From: Selaginella moellendorffii
Taxonomy: Eukaryota; Plantae; Lycopodiophyta
Reading direction: 5' to 3'
Assembly: GCF_000143415.4 (NCBI RefSeq)
Contig: NW_003314263.1
Location: forward strand, 2,281,563-2,345,562
DNA: 64,000 bases
This document shows positions 59,028-64,000 of this stretch, in pieces; the first letter of the stretch is position 1, and the number at the start of each line of letters is the position of its first letter. The position numbers and the translations under genes are program-made. The notes below the pieces were generated by a model. That model was not told the DNA's origin. It was given only the letters and a program-made list of their open reading frames with translations, and did not search any database.

Positions 59028-60317
59028 GGATGCATCTCGGTGTCCAGACCTTCCACTGCAGCAGCACCCAGGGGACGTTGCTGACACCAAGGTCTCCACC
59101 CAGGAAATGGAGGTCTCCAATCCGGAAAATGACGGCAACGCCGATAAGTATGACCAACTTCATCACACGCCCAGCAGCGAACATCACGGCTATGACCACG
59201 TCCTCGCGCGTGTCCTTGGACTCGAGTAGCAGCAGCATCAACCTCCATTGGAACAGGACCATCACCCATAGGAAGTGGAGCGGAAGGACGTGCAGCGAGA
59301 AGTGGAAGAGGCGACGTCTCATAACGTTGTGCCAAGCGAAGAGCATCGTCAAGGGTGGCAGGAGCAAGTGCATGCACAAGTCCAACAAGATCTTGACGAA
59401 GTGCTGGCCACAACATTCCTAGCTTGATCCGCTCCGACATATTTGGCTCCGCACGAAGCAAAAGACTTCGGAAACGAACGCCAAATTGCATCACCAACTC
59501 TGATGGCCCTTGGCGAAGACGATGCAATTGTTGGAAAGCATCATCACAATCATCGGCATGTCCGAAGGCGCGTTTGAAGACGTCCGGGAGAACACTCCAA
59601 TCCCCACGAGTAGCTGCGCTCAAACCATTGTACCACTGCAACGCCGTCCCTTGGAGACACGTGGGAAACTCACGCAATTGTCGAGCATCATCCCAAGAAT
59701 GATATGTGGCAATCACCGTAAAGTGATCGAACCAATGGTACACATCATCCCCAGGATTCCCGCGAAAGAACTCCGGTCGAACGCGAGGATTGGCACCAAG
59801 AGCAGGAGGAGTTGTACCACGTGCCGTGAACGCCGCCATCAACTTGTAAGCAACCAAAGGGAACAACTCGAGAGACGATCCGTTAGGGTTCAAATATAGA
59901 GGGAAAGGGCCCATGAATAAGAGTGCACCGCCTTTTCCAATCGGTTAAGGGTCTTGGGATATTTGGAGTTAAGCGTCCTTGGGTTTGAATAGTACTGGGC
60001 TGGGTGACCTCCCGGGAAGTCTAAACTCAGGAGCTTACATTTGGTATCAGAGAGGTCTCGGGTCCGACTCTGTTGGTTGGCTAAGGGAATCACACCACAT
60101 GTTGATTGACATCTAGCTGGTCCAGTTTGTTCCCGCTGGGCTCGACCCAAGGGGTAGGGTGTCAAGAGAGCGGGGCTCTCGGGAGAGCTGCGGCTAAGAA
60201 GTCTAAACTCAGGAGCTTACACAACTGAGTTTGGTTGTTCAATTGCAAGCGCATAGCATCAAGCAATTGAACTAACTGCTGCTCTAGAGTCAAAGGAGGA
60301 GATTGCGGATCGGCCAT
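59003..60317 (-). pseudogene. gag: gag, interrupted by a 377-bp nested insertion
   Basis: MADPQSPP...NQTQL joins in frame to MAAFTARG...LQGTALQW...LRQG...PVPMEVD...CWACDEVGHTYRRC zinc knuckle. Confidence 0.9.
59845..60221 (+). mobile_element. miniature non-autonomous LTR element (TRIM-like) nested in gag
   Basis: TGTAAGC...GCTTACA termini, CAACT 5-bp TSD, PBS TGGTATCAGAG at 60042, PPT AAGGGGTAGGG at 60149. Confidence 0.88.
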
Positions 60318-60452
60318 GAAGATGAACGAAAAAGAAAAAGCAAAAGAAGAGAAATGACAAAAAAACTGGAAAGAAATGGTAGATCTAGACAATGCAAAAA
60401 GCTAGATCGAAACCAAAATCCTGAAAGGAAAGAAAAAAAGAAAGGAAATGGA

Positions 60453-60599
60453 AAAAGCTAGATCTAGATGATGCAAAAGCTAGATCTAAACCGAAATCCC
60501 AAAAAGCTAGATCTAGACGATGCAAAAGCTAGATTTAAACCGAAATCCCAAAAAGCTAGATCTAGATGATGCAAAAGCTAGATCTAAACCGAAATCCCA
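60453..60599. repeat. 49-bp tandem repeat x3 in the retroelement leader
   Basis: AAAAAGCTAGATCTAGA(T/C)GATGCAAAAGCTAGAT(C/T)TAAACCGAAATCCC units; degenerate copy at ~60380. Confidence 0.9.
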
Positions 60600-62455
60600 A
60601 ATCCAAGCACTCCCCAGGGACAATCAAAAGGTGCCCCTCAACTCTGCATGGAATATGGAAAGGGAATACAAAAATGTGCATATCAATTAGCCCAAAAACC
60701 CTAGCTTATATACAGGAGCGAGTGGTCCGGATTGAAACCAATCCGACCGCTACCAAAATCCACTACGCTAATATTAGTATACGACATCGTAGTCGTACAC
60801 TTGGCCCTCACATTGTTAATTTTTCTTTCCTTTTTCTTTTCCATGTGTTTTTATATATAAAAGCAAATAACTAAATTGACAATCAATTTTGTAAAATTTT
60901 ATCTAATTTATATAATTTTTTTACACTTAAGTTTTTGTATTTTATTAGTTCATAACTATAGTGGCAATTTTAATGGCCATAACCACAGCCCATCCCAAAT
61001 GGTTATGGCCACCTTCTTCCACATGCGAATTATTATTGTTACATTGTTAATAAACAATACATTAAATATTGCTATGGCAATGCTTAATTTTTGCTTCTTG
61101 CTAGCATGCATAATAGATATCATTTAATTTCCAAAAACAAAAAAATGTGATACTTTGCTTTGAAAGTTGGTAAAAGTTTAATTTTGGAACTGGAGCTGAG
61201 TTAGTGCAGCTTCAAGTACTCAATATTTAGTATGAAAACCATGTCAAAAATGAAAACATGAAATCAATCCAGCCTATAAGGTTAAATGCAAAAAAATATA
61301 AACACAACTGTTGCACTAGCAGGTTGGCCTAGGCAGCCATTCGCTATTACATGGCTGTTACTATGGCTGCCAAAGCCAGGAGTTGGGTTGCTAGTCCTCT
61401 ACTGCGATGAGGTGCTAATTGACATAGGTTTGAAATTAAATATCTCAGTATGCAATGGCATTTGATATAGCTAAAGTTAAAGTTAAACATAAGATATCTA
61501 GATCTAAGCTTTTTATGATATATACTTAATCATAGTAATTACAAGATTTTGATCCCAAGGAAATCAATGCAACGTTGCACTCAAAATCCTATGAAAATCA
61601 CTAAAGAAAACGCTTAATTTCTCTCTCTAGGAAAATTATAATGAATGTGCCCTAAACCACATGGACCAGAAATAAAAACTAGTTAGGTCTAGTTATATAA
61701 GATATTAAAGTCCATCTCTTGCTAATAGTTTTATAGATACATAAATAGAACCATCTAAGAAAAGAACCTTACCACCTATACCATAAGCTAGTATACAGTT
61801 GTTAATAATGAATCTGAAAGATTGAACTATATCCTGTTGAGTAAAATGTATATTATTAGCTCTCCATCCGTGTACTATCATGATAATTTCATTGTTATTC
61901 TTTTGTGTTTCATAAACGTGATCATAAGGTGAATTTTTCCATTGTAAGAGGACATAATCTATAGAACGATATAAAAAACTCATTGAGACTCGTCTTCGTG
62001 GGTCATAATTGAAACATCTTTTATTAGCTCGACTTGAATAACTGAGACATTGTAGAATACTCAAATTAAATAAGATTATAATACTGATTAAGAATTTCAT
62101 TTGAAATATGCTGTTGAAATTTTCCTTTGATTATTATAGTAAATCAGATTTAACTTACTATAAAAATACAGTCATAGAATGTTAATTTTAAAAACTACAC
62201 TTATATTTTAATAGAACCTTATTTGATTTTAGTCATTAAATTACATTATTTTTCTTTTGAATAAAAATATTAATATAAGGTGAGTGTCTATTACAATCGC
62301 TTGCTAATTTTGATATAATAAATTTTGGTAGTTATTATTGATAAGCTACACCAAATACATGCCCTGGGTCCTTGATAAAAGACACTTAAAGCTAAATGAA
62401 GAAAATGTTAGTGACACCATTTAATCCTATAATCTCTTATAAGTTCCAAAATTCA

Positions 62456-62478
62456 TCTCTCTCTCTCTCTCTCTCTCT
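62456..62478. repeat. (CT)n microsatellite
   Basis: Direct reading. Confidence 0.9.
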
Positions 62479-62829
62479 GACCTTTCTTGTTTAATCTAAC
62501 TTTTCTTTCTTTTTTCTCTATGTTTAGATTTTACCTTTCCCTTTATTGTTTCTTTTTATTTCTTTTATTTTTCTAGTTAAAAGCGATGTATTACACAATG
62601 TTAAATCTTGTGGTCAAGTAGCATGCAATCCTGTATCAACATATGTAGTTACTAGGTGATCAACTAGATGCAATGTGTGATCATGTATTGGACACAAGAA
62701 GTAGGTAAATACTGCTTGTTTAAAACTCGCCATATAAGTTCCTTTGAATAAAAAGAAAATTTAAGAATATGCTGTATTGGTAGCGAACAACGTGTCGATG
62801 TGCACAGCTCCAAGGACATCTCAGCGAGA

Positions 62830-62929
62830 NNNNNNNNNNNNNNNNNNNNNNNNNNNNNNNNNNNNNNNNNNNNNNNNNNNNNNNNNNNNNNNNNNNNNNN
62901 NNNNNNNNNNNNNNNNNNNNNNNNNNNNN
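62830..62929. other. assembly gap (100 N)
   Basis: Run of N. Confidence 0.99.
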
Positions 62930-63010
62930 GGATGATTACCGAAGAAAACGAATACGGCTCTTGTCGCCGGAGCACAAGGACTTACACGGAGGTCATGCGT
63001 GATGAGAAGC

Positions 63011-63900
63011 TCAAGCGCAACAGACTCGAAGATCGAACTGGAAGGATTTGGCCGAGAAAAGGAAACTGGAGAAGGGAAAACAACCAGCTGGTTCTAAACG
63101 AAAGAGAGAGCACTCGAACGTGGGGATGGGATGCTCTGGACAGTCCGAATTGAAGAAAAACTCGCCGGCTCCACAAACTTTGAGCCTGGAATGCATGTCA
63201 CAGGCGAAGTGAAGCTTGCACAAATCATCTGGCATCTTTGCAACTGTCTCCCACTTGAGAGTATGTTCATCCATTTGCCATATAACAACTTCCGAGTATT
63301 CATCCAGTATCCTCGTCGCAACCAGAAGATGGTGAGCCACTCACAACGGTATCCACCACAGCCTTGCATAGGTCACAGAAACAGATTGGGCTCCACAATG
63401 CGAATGCTTTCTGCGTACTCTTCCACACCATCCTACGCAGGAAACTCACGCTGTGAATCTGTCAAGGCTTCAGCTTCCATGTCGTAGAACATGACCCTCA
63501 CGTACCCGTTTCTGCCACTTTTCGCCAAGAAGCAGAACATGTTGCCAACGATGACATTGCACGGATAGAACTCAAGGTACTGCAGCGGTTCCAACTCCAG
63601 GACCTTCCTCCTGCTTTCGTATATATAAACACCCCTGACTTCACCGAATTCGGCCATTTCCACCACCCTGAACTCTTTTGAACTGCTCGCCTTGGGAACG
63701 ATAGCTGCGGTGGACACGACGATCTTGGGCGGGATAGCCACCTGAAACGCCTCCGATTTGAAACGTGCATCATGGCCGAAAAAATCATCAGCGAATCCAG
63801 CCCGCCGCTGTTGATCTTGTAACCAGCAATCGCGTTGTTGGAGGTGCTCCGGCCGCAGGAACTTCATCCAGCTTGGCTGCCGCCTGCGCCGATCTCGCCG
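63011..63900 (-). pseudogene. F-box/kelch-type beta-propeller protein remnant
   Basis: EFRVV..VYIYES, GNMFCFL, VIWQMDEHTLKWETVAKMP resemble plant F-box-associated repeats; broken by stops and frameshifts. Confidence 0.5.
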
Positions 63901-64000
63901 AACAGCCAGGGCATCCGATCCCGTGGATGAACAAGAGCCGATGTTCCTCCCCCTCTCCACCTGCATTTCTTTCGCAACGAAAGAACAACGCTATTTAGCT

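Larger units (their letters stand above)
55340..60812 (-). mobile_element. Ty3/gypsy LTR retrotransposon, no chromodomain, inactivated
   Basis: LTRs 55340-55513 and 60645-60812; outer termini TGTGAG...CTCACA; TTGT TSD; PPT 55514-55528; gag-PR-RT-RH-IN order. Confidence 0.96.

Noticed and set aside
60453-60599. CRISPR-like repeat
   Set aside because: Head-to-tail units without unique spacers, inside a eukaryotic retroelement.

Overview
This is eukaryotic land-plant nuclear DNA: gene-dense, with ~50-100 nt GT-AG introns, plant tRNA and U1 genes, and one 100-N gap. The style suggests the lycophyte Selaginella (inference). 1-7 kb holds two divergent G-type lectin receptor kinases around a tRNA-Ala gene, then an intronless TPR-SET gene. 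7.4-35.2 kb is a rearranged island bracketed by inverted copies of a secreted lectin-domain gene. It contains TRM61 between two inverted tRNA-Ser genes, and about 2.1 tandem copies of an ~8.9 kb unit carrying two divergent Fic-domain (AMPylase-type) genes, U1 snRNA, a P450 pseudogene, a RING-H2 gene, a 5'-truncated alpha/beta hydrolase and scrambled pieces of neighbouring genes. 35-54 kb is ordinary genes: 2-hydroxyacid dehydrogenase, germin/spherulin-like cupin, ABCD transporter, Tim21-like, ZCF37-like, RBL9, a GPI-type protein, PHT1 and NPF. 55-61 kb holds a MITE and a decayed Ty3/gypsy element with a -1 frameshift signal and a nested miniature LTR element. The best candidate for a novel system is the amplified pair of plant Fic genes with intact catalytic motifs.
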